This document shows, in pieces, positions 1 to 10,230 of a stretch of 64,000 nucleotides of DNA. The stretch is from the IMG/VR virus record IMGVR_UViG_3300012078_000004, positions 1,788 to 65,787 of that record; one strand, 5' to 3'. Made by a program: the position numbers and the translations under genes. Source of the DNA: a virus. Under the pieces are notes generated by a model. The model was given only the letters and a program-made list of their open reading frames with translations. It did no database searches and was not told where the DNA came from. How positions within the stretch are numbered: the stretch's first letter is position 1; the number at the start of each line of letters is the position of its first letter.

Positions 1-1672
1 GAACCGGCTGCACGGAATATGGAACCGTGACGGTAATGACCCGCCCGTTCACGCTGGAAACCGTGCGCCCTTCGGACTTTCCGGTCGGCAGGTTTACGAT
101 CAGGCGATCGCCGGCTTTCGCGGTAATATCCCGGTCGACAGTAACACTGCGCCCTGAAACCGCACTGATACGCCCGCCGATAGCCCGGCCTGCATACAGG
201 TTGTTGGCCAACCCAACGACTTTCCCTATACGTGGAATGCCACCCTCAAGGCCGGTCTTCCATTCAAACGCCCCACCTTCTGCGTTCGTCCAGATCGCCC
301 ACAGCAACCGGCGCTGAGCCTCGGTTTCACGCTGACAGCCTACGGCAGTCATTTCCAGAGGGATATACTGGAAGCGCTTCACCAAGTCGTAGACAAATAC
401 CGGCGTCTGATCGTCCTGATAGTTGTTGTCGGGGTTTTTGTAGGTGCACAACCCGCCAGAATAATGCGATTGCACCGTTGTGCCGGCGCGACTGACGCTG
501 CCGTCGACAATATTGGCTCGGGTGAAAATGTAATCCGGGTCCAGTGCTTCAGGCATGTCCGCCTGCACTGTCAGCAGGTTATTCGACCAACTGATCATAC
601 CCCTGAAAATGGATGCCAAATCCATCAGGACCGTCCATGCGTCTGCCTGAGAGCTAATGCAGACATCGCACATAAAACGCGGCTCCATGCCGCCACGGCC
701 GTCAGGAACTGGCTGATCACAATACTGGGCGATGCGGTACATTTCCCAGCGATCAACCTGCTCGACAGAAATGCGTTTACCCAGGCCAAAGCGCGGGTTT
801 GTCACGATGTCGAAGAAAATCCAGGCGGGGTTGTTCGTCCACGCCCACTTCCATTGCCCGCTCCAAACCCCGCTGTACTCACGCGTCTCCGGGTTGTAGT
901 TGTCCGGGACGCGAACCAGCCGGCCTTTGGCCAGTACGGTCACCGTTGGCGTCCGACCTTCGAATAGCTTTGAATCGAACTCGACATACAGCAGTGCGGT
1001 GTGTGGGTACTGCAATTTTGCATCAACGATCTCGGTCATCGAAGCGATCTGCAGTGTATCCGCGTGCTTGCCGTCATTGATGTTTTCAGTCAGCCGGCGG
1101 ATACGGAGCTGCCAGCCGATCTTTGCTTCCGGCAGGTTGATACGATAGTCGCGGGAATATCCCGTGTTGCCTATGCCATCCGCCGCATCGCGACCATATT
1201 CAACATATGCGCCGCCATCGGTCGCGATGTCGATCGCATACTCAACGCGGTGACCGTCTTTCACCCCGTCATCGCGCATCTTGAACAGCCCGGCGGGAAA
1301 TTTAGCGCTGATCCGAACCGCTGATAACTGGGTATTCTGAATCGCTTTAACCCATGGTGTTCCGAACTTCAGCTCGGTGCCGATGGCTATCTCGTTTGAT
1401 GCATTCGGGAACCCTTGAATATACGGCTGGTCCTGAACCCCTGAGCGCCATTCCCAGCGCACGCCGGCAAAGTTCTCATTGCCGTTGGCATCCAGCAACG
1501 GTGTCCCATCCAGAAAAATATGCCGGCCATCAAACCCGCCGGCGATCTCCCCCTCGCCAAGCGCGATCAGCATTTTCATGTACGCGACGGATGCGATTTC
1601 TGACCCGCGCGGCGGTGGCGGGCTACCGCTGCCGCCACCACCTTTCGCGCCGATGATTTCGTTCGTGAGCAT
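1..1672 (-). CDS. Tail tip / central tail fibre protein J (lambda J-like), 3' end runs off window
   Basis: Manual translation from ATG at 1672 gives MLTNEIIGAKGGGG...GEGEI...YPHTALLYVEFDS...WAWTNNPAWIFFD; follows tail L-K-I; absent from ORF track because truncated. Confidence 0.9.
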   Translation of the reverse strand, partial: MLTNEIIGAKGGGGSGSPPPPRGSEIASVAYMKMLIALGEGEIAGGFDGRHIFLDGTPLLDANGNENFAGVRWEWRSGVQDQPYIQGFPNASNEIAIGTELKFGTPWVKAIQNTQLSAVRISAKFPAGLFKMRDDGVKDGHRVEYAIDIATDGGAYVEYGRDAADGIGNTGYSRDYRINLPEAKIGWQLRIRRLTENINDGKHADTLQIASMTEIVDAKLQYPHTALLYVEFDSKLFEGRTPTVTVLAKGRLVRVPDNYNPETREYSGVWSGQWKWAWTNNPAWIFFDIVTNPRFGLGKRISVEQVDRWEMYRIAQYCDQPVPDGRGGMEPRFMCDVCISSQADAWTVLMDLASIFRGMISWSNNLLTVQADMPEALDPDYIFTRANIVDGSVSRAGTTVQSHYSGGLCTYKNPDNNYQDDQTPVFVYDLVKRFQYIPLEMTAVGCQRETEAQRRLLWAIWTNAEGGAFEWKTGLEGGIPRIGKVVGLANNLYAGRAIGGRISAVSGRSVTVDRDITAKAGDRLIVNLPTGKSEGRTVSSVNGRVITVTVPYSVQPV

Positions 1673-1684
1673 GGAGTATCCTGC

Positions 1685-1712
1685 AAAAAAAAAATCCCGC
1701 CGGAGCGGGATT
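1685..1712 (-). terminator. Intrinsic terminator after hok, before J
   Basis: AATCCCGC-TCCG-GCGGGATT hairpin running into a long T tract on minus strand. Confidence 0.85.
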
Positions 1713-1782
1713 CAAAATTGATTGGGCGCTTAAAGCCCTGTGCCTGTTCAACCGAAAGGGCGAGGCGAACCTCGCCCCACGG

Positions 1783-1938
1783 TTAGCTCTTAACTTCGTA
1801 GTTCAAGAACGCCGCGATTTCCGTGCCACCTTGCTTAATTCGGATTTCGCATAGCGAATCCCGGACCATCCAGGTGAACGTCAAAATCGTGATACACACC
1901 ACGATTAAGCCGTACAGAAGTAGCTTTCGCGACATCAT
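1783..1938 (-). CDS. hok: Hok/Gef family type I toxin (in-frame mok-like upstream start at 1992)
   Basis: MMSRKLLLYGLIVVCITILTFTWMVRDSLCEIRIKQGGTEIAAFLNYE: single TM plus LCEI motif; SD GGAGGG. Confidence 0.93.
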   Translation of the reverse strand: MMSRKLLLYGLIVVCITILTFTWMVRDSLCEIRIKQGGTEIAAFLNYEVKS

Positions 1939-1947
1939 TGCCCTCCG

Positions 1948-1976
1948 TTGCATTTCTGCTGTTAAGAGGCTATCCT
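1948..1976 (+). promoter_or_regulatory. sok promoter
   Basis: TTGCAT-17 bp-TATCCT pointing antisense into hok leader. Confidence 0.75.
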
Positions 1977-1982
1977 GATGTT

Positions 1983-2040
1983 GTCTGGACATAGGGTAAG
2001 CCTCAAGTTGATTGGAAAATCGCTTGGGGCTTTCTTCTAT
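1983..2040 (+). ncRNA. sok: Sok-like antisense RNA antitoxin
   Basis: 5' tail GTCTGGACATAGGG complementary to mok start region, then AAGCCTCAAG...CTTGGGGCTT hairpin and U-rich end; same layout as R1 Sok; ends approximate. Confidence 0.8.
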
Positions 2041-2108
2041 CTGCTTCTTACCGAGGCTTGAAACCGATAGCTTCAAGCGCCCGCCAAAACATTACCACGA
2101 TTCAAACA

Positions 2109-2708
2109 TCACTGCTGCTGTTCGACATATGTTTCACCACTGATGACCGGGCCACCTATTAACGTTTTACCGTAGAACGCGGGAACTGGTCTGCCGGCTG
2201 CTGAGTTATTGCTTGCGGAGCCGAAGGAATAACTTTTCCGCGTTTCTTTCGTGTCTGTCATTCCATAGGTCCCCTGCGGGGCCAGCATTTGGGCCACGCC
2301 ACCCAACATCATTGCCGCGCCCGCTTGGTAAAGGAATGGCGATGCAGCAATTGTTGCTGGCGAAAGTGACAAAACGAACCCAGCAGCGACCATCACCGCG
2401 CCCAGAATCGTCTGGAACATGCCCTGCTTTTTACTGCCGATAATCACCGGCACGATGCGGACAACCATCTGTATACCGTCCAGCTGCAACTCAGCCGTGG
2501 ATATGTTGCGAGCGCCGTTGAAAACCGCATACGTCAGGCCATTCCGCTCGCTCCGGTTCAGAAATTGTTCCAGTCCTGGGATCTGGATGCACAATGCTCG
2601 GATGCCCTCACGAACTGATGACACCGACAGCGTGAACTCCCGCCCGAACTCTTTTCCGAGCCGGCCGGAGAGAACGAATTTCGTCAGCGTTTCAGTTCTC
2701 TGCGCCAT
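2109..2708 (-). CDS. Tail assembly protein I
   Basis: LSGRLGKEFGR, VVRIVPVIIGSK, GRPVPAFYG motifs; lambda L-K-I-J order. Confidence 0.9.
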   Translation of the reverse strand: MAQRTETLTKFVLSGRLGKEFGREFTLSVSSVREGIRALCIQIPGLEQFLNRSERNGLTYAVFNGARNISTAELQLDGIQMVVRIVPVIIGSKKQGMFQTILGAVMVAAGFVLSLSPATIAASPFLYQAGAAMMLGGVAQMLAPQGTYGMTDTKETRKSYSFGSASNNSAAGRPVPAFYGKTLIGGPVISGETYVEQQQ

Positions 2709-3405
2709 CGCCGTACCTCAGTTTTTTGATTGTTCGTTCCTGCCAGATCCCGCCATACGGCACAACGCGAGCGCTCTGGCCGTAAAGATGGTGCAACATC
2801 ATTCCATCACCGATATAAACGCCGGCATGGTTAACGACCGATGCCTGATACTGCATCAAGATCACATCGCCGGGCTGCAGCTCTGCATCATGTGCAACGA
2901 AGCCGGCAGCGGCATAATTTTCGATGTACAGGTTTTCACCCTGCTCCCACCATCCATCCGCCCGTTCGAAATTCGGCAGCTCAATACCCCGCTCCTGTTT
3001 GTACCAATCGCGGATCAGACCGTAGCAGTCCCACACGCCATGAACGAACGGGCGGCCAATGATCGGAGCATCACCCTTTGGGGCGATAATCCGAACGTCG
3101 CCCTCAGGCCAGCTGATGATGATCCACGGCAAACCAGACTCGGTGCACAGCGCCTCATCGATCGGAGACGGCTGGGTCGTGGCGTCAGGGTGGGAATGCA
3201 CCACAAACAGGATTTCGCCGGCATCCTCCGCCGCCGCATACTCTTCCGGCGAGATCCGGAAATACTCGGTCGGCTCGGCGTGGGTGTTCTTGCATGGGAT
3301 ATACCGATGCGCCCGGCCATCTTTGATGACCAGCCCGCAGCACTCCTCCGGGTACACCTCGGCGGCATGCTGCTGGATAGCCAGCAGAATGTGTTTTCTC
3401 ATCAT
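2692..3405 (-). CDS. Tail assembly protein K (JAB + NlpC/P60)
   Basis: PEECCG, VHSHPD (JAB); DCYGL, NHAGVY, MLHH (NlpC/P60). Confidence 0.92.
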   Translation of the reverse strand: MMRKHILLAIQQHAAEVYPEECCGLVIKDGRAHRYIPCKNTHAEPTEYFRISPEEYAAAEDAGEILFVVHSHPDATTQPSPIDEALCTESGLPWIIISWPEGDVRIIAPKGDAPIIGRPFVHGVWDCYGLIRDWYKQERGIELPNFERADGWWEQGENLYIENYAAAGFVAHDAELQPGDVILMQYQASVVNHAGVYIGDGMMLHHLYGQSARVVPYGGIWQERTIKKLRYGDGAEN

Positions 3406-3410
3406 CTGGG

Positions 3411-4157
3411 TTATAGCCTTATCAGGGCGATCGCCGGGAAACCGCCGAACGGCAGCTCAGCATCTTTACCGAATCGCAGTTTGCAGGACGCAACCGTCCC
3501 ACCGCACTCGTCCAGCGCAGGGTTATCAACGGGGTTGCCGTCTTTGTCGAAATAATTGGTGCCGGTATAACCGCAATCGGCCTTCCGATAGTCGCCACGC
3601 ATGCACCATGTACACCGGCTGGTCATCTGGCGGTTCGGCAGCTTCTGGCCCTGCACATCGGCTGGGCTGGCCAGTGCGAACTCGACCGATGTATCGTTCT
3701 CCAGCGTCTTGGTATCGATATACCAGGTGTCGATTTGCTCTTTCTCCGGGTCAGCGTTTGGGTTGCCGGCGGGGAAATTTTTTGCGTCCAGAAACTCGGC
3801 GAACGTATTGTGGACCGTGACTTTGGCTAACAGCAGATCGTGGAACGTTTCGCACAATCTGGTGATCGAGTAGTCCAAGTTGGCCACGGCAAGCTTGGGA
3901 CGAGGCGATGTCCCCTCGCTGGATTTTTCCAGTCCTGTAACTTGCGCCGGCCATGCGTCGTAGCGAATGCCCTGCCAATAAATCGGCTTAGCTGGCAACG
4001 AATCAACGTCGCCGGCGGCGAGCAGCTCGTCGGCGGTATAGGGGATCTCGTAATTGTGGAAATACAGCACATCGCCATCGAACGCGGTGCAGTCAACCTC
4101 GATCAACGTGATCGGCGCGCCCGGTTCCAGCGACTGTGAAACAGCGGAAAAACTCAT
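3411..4157 (-). CDS. Minor tail protein L
   Basis: CTWCMRGDYRKADCGY...CKLRFG...FGGFP Cys cluster; start moved to ATG 4157 (SD GAGGT). Confidence 0.92.
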   Translation of the reverse strand: MSFSAVSQSLEPGAPITLIEVDCTAFDGDVLYFHNYEIPYTADELLAAGDVDSLPAKPIYWQGIRYDAWPAQVTGLEKSSEGTSPRPKLAVANLDYSITRLCETFHDLLLAKVTVHNTFAEFLDAKNFPAGNPNADPEKEQIDTWYIDTKTLENDTSVEFALASPADVQGQKLPNRQMTSRCTWCMRGDYRKADCGYTGTNYFDKDGNPVDNPALDECGGTVASCKLRFGKDAELPFGGFPAIALIRL

Positions 4158-4171
4158 GTTGATTACCTCGA

Positions 4172-4187
4172 TGGGACCGTGGTCCCA
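4172..4187. promoter_or_regulatory. sopC/parS-type centromere palindrome 1
   Basis: TGGGACCGTGGTCCCA, matches F sopC / N15 IR core. Confidence 0.85.
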
Positions 4188-4192
4188 ATAAC

Positions 4193-4217
4193 AAAAAACC
4201 CCGCGAAGGCGGGGTTT
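4193..4217 (-). terminator. Moron terminator
   Basis: AAACCCCGC-CTTC-GCGGGGTTT then T tract on minus strand. Confidence 0.8.
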
Positions 4218-4240
4218 GGTGGGGGTGGTAGAGAGGACTG

Positions 4241-4597
4241 CTACACTTGGTATCCTGCATCTCTGCAAATCGGAGCCATCATCTCCTCCATTTCGCCACT
4301 ATCAACCGAAGCTTCCGCAGAGATAATTTCTCCTTTTGGATTGCTTTTGATTGCTACCATCAACAAAGCATTACCAGCATAGCCACCATAAGAGTTTTTC
4401 GCATTGATATGGGCGCAGTAAATTTCCCCGCCTTTGTAGTCCTGCCAAGTGAATTTTGCACTATCGGGATCTTTCAGCTTTGCCCTAGCGACAACCTCAA
4501 TAATCGACTTTTCCTTCGCGCTCAGCTCGCGAGCACTGGCGCTCAGTGCAGTAGTCGCCAAAACTAACGCCATGGTAGCGACGATAAATTTCTTCAA
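4241..4597 (-). CDS. Secreted/periplasmic moron protein, unknown function
   Basis: TTG start with SD GGAGGG; signal peptide ending ASA; NAKNSYGGYAG motif; inserted between tail M and L. Confidence 0.7.
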   Translation of the reverse strand: MKKFIVATMALVLATTALSASARELSAKEKSIIEVVARAKLKDPDSAKFTWQDYKGGEIYCAHINAKNSYGGYAGNALLMVAIKSNPKGEIISAEASVDSGEMEEMMAPICRDAGYQV

Positions 4598-4643
4598 AAC
4601 AATCCCTCCTGTTGGATAAAAACAGCCGCATTATGCCCGATCG

Positions 4644-4982
4644 TTACGACCGGTACCCAGTCGTGAACGTGACTGTTAACGTCCAATTTCCAAACCCCAG
4701 AGGCGTCGGCTTCAACTGCGACGCGCGATACAACCCCAATTCCCCCACAGGATTCACCCATTTGAATGACCGAGATGTGCCGTGCTCCCGCAAAAACTCC
4801 AGAATGGGTTTTATTTCCGCCCATTTATCTGTGAATGTCAGCGGCCAGCTCTGTTTTTCTCGGTGCATCCCCTCATCGATCACCTGCTCATAACCATCAC
4901 CGAACTGCACTGTTCTGGTTTTCCAGCTGATGTCGCCGGTCGGCCCATTGAGTGGCGACCATGTGAACGTTTTTACCGTCAT
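4644..4982 (-). CDS. Minor tail protein M
   Basis: FGDGYEQ, SWPLTF, SFKWVNP motifs; follows tape measure. Confidence 0.9.
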   Translation of the reverse strand: MTVKTFTWSPLNGPTGDISWKTRTVQFGDGYEQVIDEGMHREKQSWPLTFTDKWAEIKPILEFLREHGTSRSFKWVNPVGELGLYRASQLKPTPLGFGNWTLTVTFTTGYRS

Positions 4983-7963
4983 GCCAACCCCAATTGCCGT
5001 AAACGCTGATCGATCGCGCCGCCATTGCGCAACGCTTCATCCACCTGTTCCATCGTCTGTTGACGAATCAACTGCCGGGCAGCATTGTCCAATACGTTGT
5101 CCGTTCCTGCCTGCTGCTGACGCTCGTTCGTTTGACCTCGCTCAACGGTGATCGGCATGCTGAGCGATACCTGAACCTGCGTCGTTCGCGTCCCGCTGTT
5201 TGTTGGAACCGGCTCTCGACTCGGCCGCGATACGCTCCCGCCAACCAGACCGCCGTCTGCATACCCCCGGCCATAGGTCAGCTGGTTGAGGAATGGCAGC
5301 ATGCCAGGGCGATTAACGACCTCTTGCGGTACCACCCATTCGCCAGCATGAACGATGCCGGCCACGTCGTGCTTGCCGCCCGGACCTGTGTAACCGCCAT
5401 CTGCAAAACCAAACCACGACTCAACGCCGAGCGCCTTGCTGCCAGCCTTGATCGCCTCAAACATCAGCATCTTGGAAATCATCTGGCCTATATCACCAAT
5501 GATCGATGACGCCATGGTTTTGAAGTCGCCGGTACCTTTGGTGATAAAATTACCAAAGGACGTTCCCATGGCATCCATGGCGCTGACCGCCACGCTTCGC
5601 GTCAAATCAAAGGAGTTCTCCGCAGATTCCTTCCAGTCCTGCAGACCGCGTTTCATGCCAGCAACGCTATCCTGCCGCAGCGCCATCTCATCGGCACTGC
5701 CCTTACGGACAATTCCAAGCTGCTTTGACTCTTCTTCGCTCAGGATCGCTGTCCTTTTCTTGTAAAGTAGTGATGATTTGTCAGAAAAGTCTTTATCCAG
5801 CTGTTCCCGCTTCTGCCGAAACTGCTCACGAATCTGCTGCTCAGCGAGCATTTGGTCATAGGCAGCGCTGCTCATTATCGGCTGAGCAAGCTTGTTGTCC
5901 CATTGTTGCTGCAACTGAGCAGTTTCCGCGACCAGCTCTATATGCTGTTCCTGCATCTTCAACGCCAACTTCCGCTGCTCGTTCGCACGCTCCAACGAGA
6001 CGTTGATCTTCAACTGGGCGCGAAGCTGATCCTCGCTGGCCAAAACGCTCTTCTGCCCAGCGGTCAGGATTTTCTTGGCTTTCAGGTCGGCCATTTCCTG
6101 ATTGAACGCCAGCAGCTTTTTCTCGGAACCGGTCAGCGTTTCAGTGGTGGCGTTCTGCTGCCGTAGCACTGCTTCTTGCTCTTTCAGCTCCTGCAGCCGG
6201 CGCGTCGCAGCATCGTCGGTGTACGCTGCTGATTTTTTCCTGTCTCCGTACTGCTTGTTGATGCCCTTCAGCGCCTGCGCGTATTCCTCGGCAGTCAATT
6301 TCCCTGCTTTATACTGAGCCGAAACAACGCTCGTCAGCCGAGCCTGTTCCTTCTTAGGGTCTGCGCCAGCTTTGATAGCTGCAGCGACCTCATTCTGGAC
6401 CTTGATCTCATTCCGGGCAGCTTCCTGCTCCTTCTGCTGGCGTTGGAAGCGCTCTTCTGCTTCCTTCTTCGCCTTTTGTGCCGGGGCATCGCTGATGTCC
6501 AACTTAACACCAACTGCAAGCGCCTGGGCCTGAGCAGTCTTCATCTGAGCCTGACCGATAATGTCAAACGCGGACCCCACCTCGTTTTTCAGCGACTTCC
6601 AGATCGACGCCAAGCCACTGACGCTGTTCTCCTGCTCAGTGACCTTTTCTTTCACATCATCAAGATATTTTTGCTGCAGGAGAGCCGTCGCTTCACTGGT
6701 TTTTCCCTGCCGAGACAATGTAGCGATATGCTCAATAAACGTGGTGTTAAGCTGGACTCCTTGGTTCGTCAGCGCCTCCAGCCCCTTCAATGGATCTCCC
6801 TTCAAGCTCGACAGAGTGGAAGCCAGATCTTCAGACGACATACCCAGCTCGTTCATCCGGGTGCCGGTTTCTGCTACCTCTGACAGCATGTCTCCGCCAA
6901 ACCCTGCACCTGCAGCATCGGTCACCGCCTTGACTGAGTTCTGCGTATTACCCAGGGTTACTGACAGCGTCCGAAGGTCGTTCGCCGTCAAAATGGCTCT
7001 GTTCCCTGATTTCTGGAGTGCGTCGTTGAACCCTTTGGTCTCGGCTTCGGCTCGCTGATACATCTCATAGAGAGCGGTGGCCCCAGCTGCCGCCGCCATT
7101 ACTCCCAATCCAGGCAAGCCTCCAACCAGCGACATAGCTCCACGAAGCAGGCCTGATGAAGCTGCAGCAGCTCTCTGCTTTATCGTTAGCTCAACGTTGG
7201 CTGCTGCCAAATTTCGGGTGGCCGTTGTAAGCTGCCGCTTGCCGTCTGCTTCAGCAATATCAGCAGCGAGTACTGTTTTAGCCGCGCTGGCAACCTGCTG
7301 CTTCGCGCTGGCCTCAGCGATGTTCGCCTCACGAATTGCACGAGCGTTCTTAACGTGCTCTTCCTGATAGTCAACTGTGACGCCGTACTGCTTGTTGACC
7401 TCCGCTTGCTTGGCATAGTACTCGTCAAGTGCGAACGCCTGCTCCCGCTGAGCGGCGGCGGCGGCTATAGTTTTTTGAGCAGCAACAAATTTGCCCTGCG
7501 CATCCTCGCGGGATGCCTTGGCACTCTCAATCGCAGCCTGTGCAAAATTAACCTGCTCGGCGGCCGCTTCAATCATCACAGCACGCTGCTGATGAATGCT
7601 CCCGGTGCTTTGCTCGATGGCAGTTTTAAAGCCTTCGCCAAGTGCAGGGATCAGCGCGCTGGTGATGGTGCTGCCAGCAACGCTACTGCCAGACACCACC
7701 CCAGCCAACGCCGTTCGCAATTCGCCGAGACCCGTGATGCTGCGTCTTGTGCCCGTGCTGAGTTTCTTAAAGTCAGCGTCAGCCTGACGAGCACCAACAC
7801 CGACCCCCTCAAACGCCGCCTTGGTTTTAAGAGATTCGGCCTGCGCTTGCTGGTTGAACTGCTGAGATTCACGCGCCGCCGACTTCATCGCGTCGCCGAA
7901 CTGCGCTTTGAAGCTGGCCGAGTTGAGGTGGAGCGCCACCGCCAGCGATGCTACGTCAGCCAT
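4979..7963 (-). CDS. Tail tape measure protein
   Basis: About 990 aa Ala-rich coiled coil; C-terminal [12 protein letters not shown]...GIVHAGEWV; start at MADVASL. Confidence 0.93.
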   Translation of the reverse strand: MADVASLAVALHLNSASFKAQFGDAMKSAARESQQFNQQAQAESLKTKAAFEGVGVGARQADADFKKLSTGTRRSITGLGELRTALAGVVSGSSVAGSTITSALIPALGEGFKTAIEQSTGSIHQQRAVMIEAAAEQVNFAQAAIESAKASREDAQGKFVAAQKTIAAAAAQREQAFALDEYYAKQAEVNKQYGVTVDYQEEHVKNARAIREANIAEASAKQQVASAAKTVLAADIAEADGKRQLTTATRNLAAANVELTIKQRAAAASSGLLRGAMSLVGGLPGLGVMAAAAGATALYEMYQRAEAETKGFNDALQKSGNRAILTANDLRTLSVTLGNTQNSVKAVTDAAGAGFGGDMLSEVAETGTRMNELGMSSEDLASTLSSLKGDPLKGLEALTNQGVQLNTTFIEHIATLSRQGKTSEATALLQQKYLDDVKEKVTEQENSVSGLASIWKSLKNEVGSAFDIIGQAQMKTAQAQALAVGVKLDISDAPAQKAKKEAEERFQRQQKEQEAARNEIKVQNEVAAAIKAGADPKKEQARLTSVVSAQYKAGKLTAEEYAQALKGINKQYGDRKKSAAYTDDAATRRLQELKEQEAVLRQQNATTETLTGSEKKLLAFNQEMADLKAKKILTAGQKSVLASEDQLRAQLKINVSLERANEQRKLALKMQEQHIELVAETAQLQQQWDNKLAQPIMSSAAYDQMLAEQQIREQFRQKREQLDKDFSDKSSLLYKKRTAILSEEESKQLGIVRKGSADEMALRQDSVAGMKRGLQDWKESAENSFDLTRSVAVSAMDAMGTSFGNFITKGTGDFKTMASSIIGDIGQMISKMLMFEAIKAGSKALGVESWFGFADGGYTGPGGKHDVAGIVHAGEWVVPQEVVNRPGMLPFLNQLTYGRGYADGGLVGGSVSRPSREPVPTNSGTRTTQVQVSLSMPITVERGQTNERQQQAGTDNVLDNAARQLIRQQTMEQVDEALRNGGAIDQRLRQLGLA

Positions 7964-8171
7964 TTCCCAAGATTCTCCGGTGGGCTTCGAACAACTCGTC
8001 ATCGGTCATTTCAGCCGGTGGCGGGGTTTCCCGTACCGGTACGTCCGATGCTGGCTCGTTCTGGATGTCGATGAATGCCTGCCAGTGCATAAAAACATCT
8101 GCTGGCAGGTCCATGATTTTTCGCGGATCTATCTCGCCCAAGCGGTAGGCCAACGCATAGGCCATCATCAA
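7956..8171 (-). CDS. Tail assembly chaperone, C-terminal (T) part of G-T frameshift product
   Basis: In -1 frame relative to G; reached via slippery AAAAAAC at 8195-8189. Confidence 0.8.
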   Translation of the reverse strand: MMMAYALAYRLGEIDPRKIMDLPADVFMHWQAFIDIQNEPASDVPVRETPPPAEMTDDELFEAHRRILGNG

Positions 8172-8185
8172 CTGGGGCGAGTTGA

Positions 8186-8518
8186 TCAGTTTTTTCGCGC
8201 GTCTTCCAGCGTGCCGTAACTGACGCGCTGGACGTCCATGACCGCCTCTTTAAGTGCACCCGGCGAATGTACTGCAAGCAGCTCAGCAACGGATGGAAGC
8301 TCGGTTTTGGCTGGTTTACTGCCATCTTCATTTACCAACGCACCCAGGAACAGTTCAATACTGATTTGGTTGAGTTTATCGGCGTCCTTCTCACCCTCGA
8401 TCGCCTTCAAATAGTCGTCCAGCTCGGTAGAAGTCAAGCGGCGCACAAGAACTGTCTGGCCAAGTGCAGGAATTTCCGTTGGGGCGGTGTTAGGTTTCAG
8501 CAGGGATTTGTAATTCAT
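8186..8518 (-). CDS. Tail assembly chaperone G
   Basis: Between tail tube and tape measure; ends ARKN at slippery site. Confidence 0.82.
   Translation of the reverse strand: MNYKSLLKPNTAPTEIPALGQTVLVRRLTSTELDDYLKAIEGEKDADKLNQISIELFLGALVNEDGSKPAKTELPSVAELLAVHSPGALKEAVMDVQRVSYGTLEDARKN
8189..8195 (-). other. Programmed -1 frameshift site A AAA AAC
   Basis: X XXY YYZ heptamer immediately before G stop; -1 frame reads [12 protein letters not shown] into T ORF. Confidence 0.8.
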
Positions 8519-8579
8519 TGGGATCTCTCAAAGATGGGGCGGGGTAAAACCGCCCGGTCCGGGCGGTAGGGCTATAACA

Positions 8580-9047
8580 TCAGGCGTTGGTCGTCCATTT
8601 GATGTCGTTTTGCTTGGCGTAAACTTCAACCTGCAGGATCTTCCCATCAGGCCCATCAACCGCCTGACGTGCGAAGCCGGCCAACGCCAGCGTCAGATTG
8701 GCGACTTCTTTGTTCGGATATTCGATGAACATCACCGCCGCCTCTTTCTTCACAGCAGATGCCATGAACGCCATCTGATCTTTGTCGCTCGTATCGTCGA
8801 TGAACGTGAACGTCAGGTCCTCACCTTCACCCATATCGCCGATATATTTCGGCGACGTGTCGATCAGGCGGCTGATCTTCAAAAACGAACCTTTTTGCCC
8901 AATGGTGCCGAGCGACATCGCGCTCTGCAGCAGCGCAGCTTTTTCCAGCGTAGTCCCCAACGGCCCCCACGAAACGCGGGTGCCGGCAGGGAATTTCGCA
9001 TACGTTGCAGGGTCCTTAATGACCGGTGGAACTACTGGATCTGGCAT
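8580..9047 (-). CDS. Major tail (tube) protein
   Basis: 155 aa, position after neck genes and before chaperones. Confidence 0.8.
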   Translation of the reverse strand: MPDPVVPPVIKDPATYAKFPAGTRVSWGPLGTTLEKAALLQSAMSLGTIGQKGSFLKISRLIDTSPKYIGDMGEGEDLTFTFIDDTSDKDQMAFMASAVKKEAAVMFIEYPNKEVANLTLALAGFARQAVDGPDGKILQVEVYAKQNDIKWTTNA

Positions 9048-9104
9048 GATTTTTTCTCGTCATACTATGAAAATGAAACGGCTGCAGAGCAGCCGCGGAT
9101 GTGG

Positions 9105-9515
9105 TTATTTGCCTTCCAGCTCCTCCCGGAGCCGGATTGCGAGGATGTTCAGTACCCGTTGCCGGTTGTAATCCAGCGCCGGTCGCATGAACGGCTTGGC
9201 CACCTGTTTCCGCGTCCCGCGCTCCTGTGCCCACGCTTTGATATGGTGCGCACGCGATACACCAACGCGAACAGTGACAGCTGTCGGATAACTGGTGTTT
9301 TTGGTTTGGTCGACGCTGGTGATCTTGATGTCGTTGCGCATGTGCGGCCCGGCGCTTGTTTCATCAAAGCCGGCGTGCTGTTTCATGTCAGCCAGTACTG
9401 GTTCCATGGCATCACGACCAGCTTTACGCAACGCAGCGATCGACACCTTTTTCTCAGCCTCGGCTAACAGCCGGTCGAACTCCTGACCGGAAGGGAACTT
9501 GATCTGCATATCCAT
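9105..9515 (-). CDS. HK97 gp10-like tail component
   Basis: AQERGTRKQVAKPFMRPALD motif. Confidence 0.85.
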   Translation of the reverse strand: MDMQIKFPSGQEFDRLLAEAEKKVSIAALRKAGRDAMEPVLADMKQHAGFDETSAGPHMRNDIKITSVDQTKNTSYPTAVTVRVGVSRAHHIKAWAQERGTRKQVAKPFMRPALDYNRQRVLNILAIRLREELEGK

Positions 9516-9518
9516 GAT

Positions 9519-9899
9519 TCACTCCGCAAACGTCAGAATGTAATCTCGGGCTAGGCTGTAGAGAACGCTCCCGCTGGTCAGCGTTTCCTTGTCAAACGAA
9601 ATGCCATCCCGGCGCACGTACTGGACTGGGTAGCCTTCTATCTGGCCATGAACAACGTCCCGCCATTCATCCCAAATCGCCTTGTCCAGCTTCACCAGTT
9701 TCGTCAGGTCGTTCTCTGCGTACAGCGTGATCTGAAACCGCCCGGCTGTCAGACCCGTTCTCACCATGCCGGCCATAACCTCCGGGTCAGAAACTCGCAG
9801 ATAAGTGCCGCCGTTGTACGTCCCTGTCGGCAGCTGCAGTGGGAATATCTTCATGCCGGTGATCCGCTCGACCGACGCTTTAATCGCTAACTCGATCAT
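9519..9899 (-). CDS. Tail terminator / completion protein
   Basis: RFQITLYA motif, synteny; start uncertain (9899 ATG or 9911 TTG). Confidence 0.7.
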   Translation of the reverse strand: MIELAIKASVERITGMKIFPLQLPTGTYNGGTYLRVSDPEVMAGMVRTGLTAGRFQITLYAENDLTKLVKLDKAIWDEWRDVVHGQIEGYPVQYVRRDGISFDKETLTSGSVLYSLARDYILTFAE

Positions 9900-10230
9900 G
9901 GGCTGGGTCAACCTCCGCCGTAATTACCACTCTGTCACTCTCTGACCGGTCAACGGTGCGCACTGTATAGCTGATGCCGTTGGCAATTACCTTCCAGTCG
10001 CCAACAACATCTGCCCTAGGAAATGTCGTGAACTGCCATGTTTCGACTACAGGAGCCTGATCTGCTGTGCGGATTTTCCGGTGCGAGATCGGCTCCGCTT
10101 TAACCCATGCTTTGCCGGCGGCGATAAACTTTCCCGGCAACGGCTCACCCATCTCGCCTTCACCTGACTCGATGTAACCGAACTGCACGCGGGTCTTCAA
10201 CTCACCAGGGTCCAACGGTTTTACGCTCAT
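9880..10230 (-). CDS. Head closure / head-tail adaptor
   Basis: LDPGELKTRVQF N-terminus; synteny. Confidence 0.8.
   Translation of the reverse strand: MSVKPLDPGELKTRVQFGYIESGEGEMGEPLPGKFIAAGKAWVKAEPISHRKIRTADQAPVVETWQFTTFPRADVVGDWKVIANGISYTVRTVDRSESDRVVITAEVDPAHDRVSD

Noticed and set aside
2419-3820. Long plus-strand ORFs (378 aa, 253 aa) and similar antisense ORFs across the window
   Set aside because: Shadows opposite well-supported genes in GC-rich DNA; no motifs or SD
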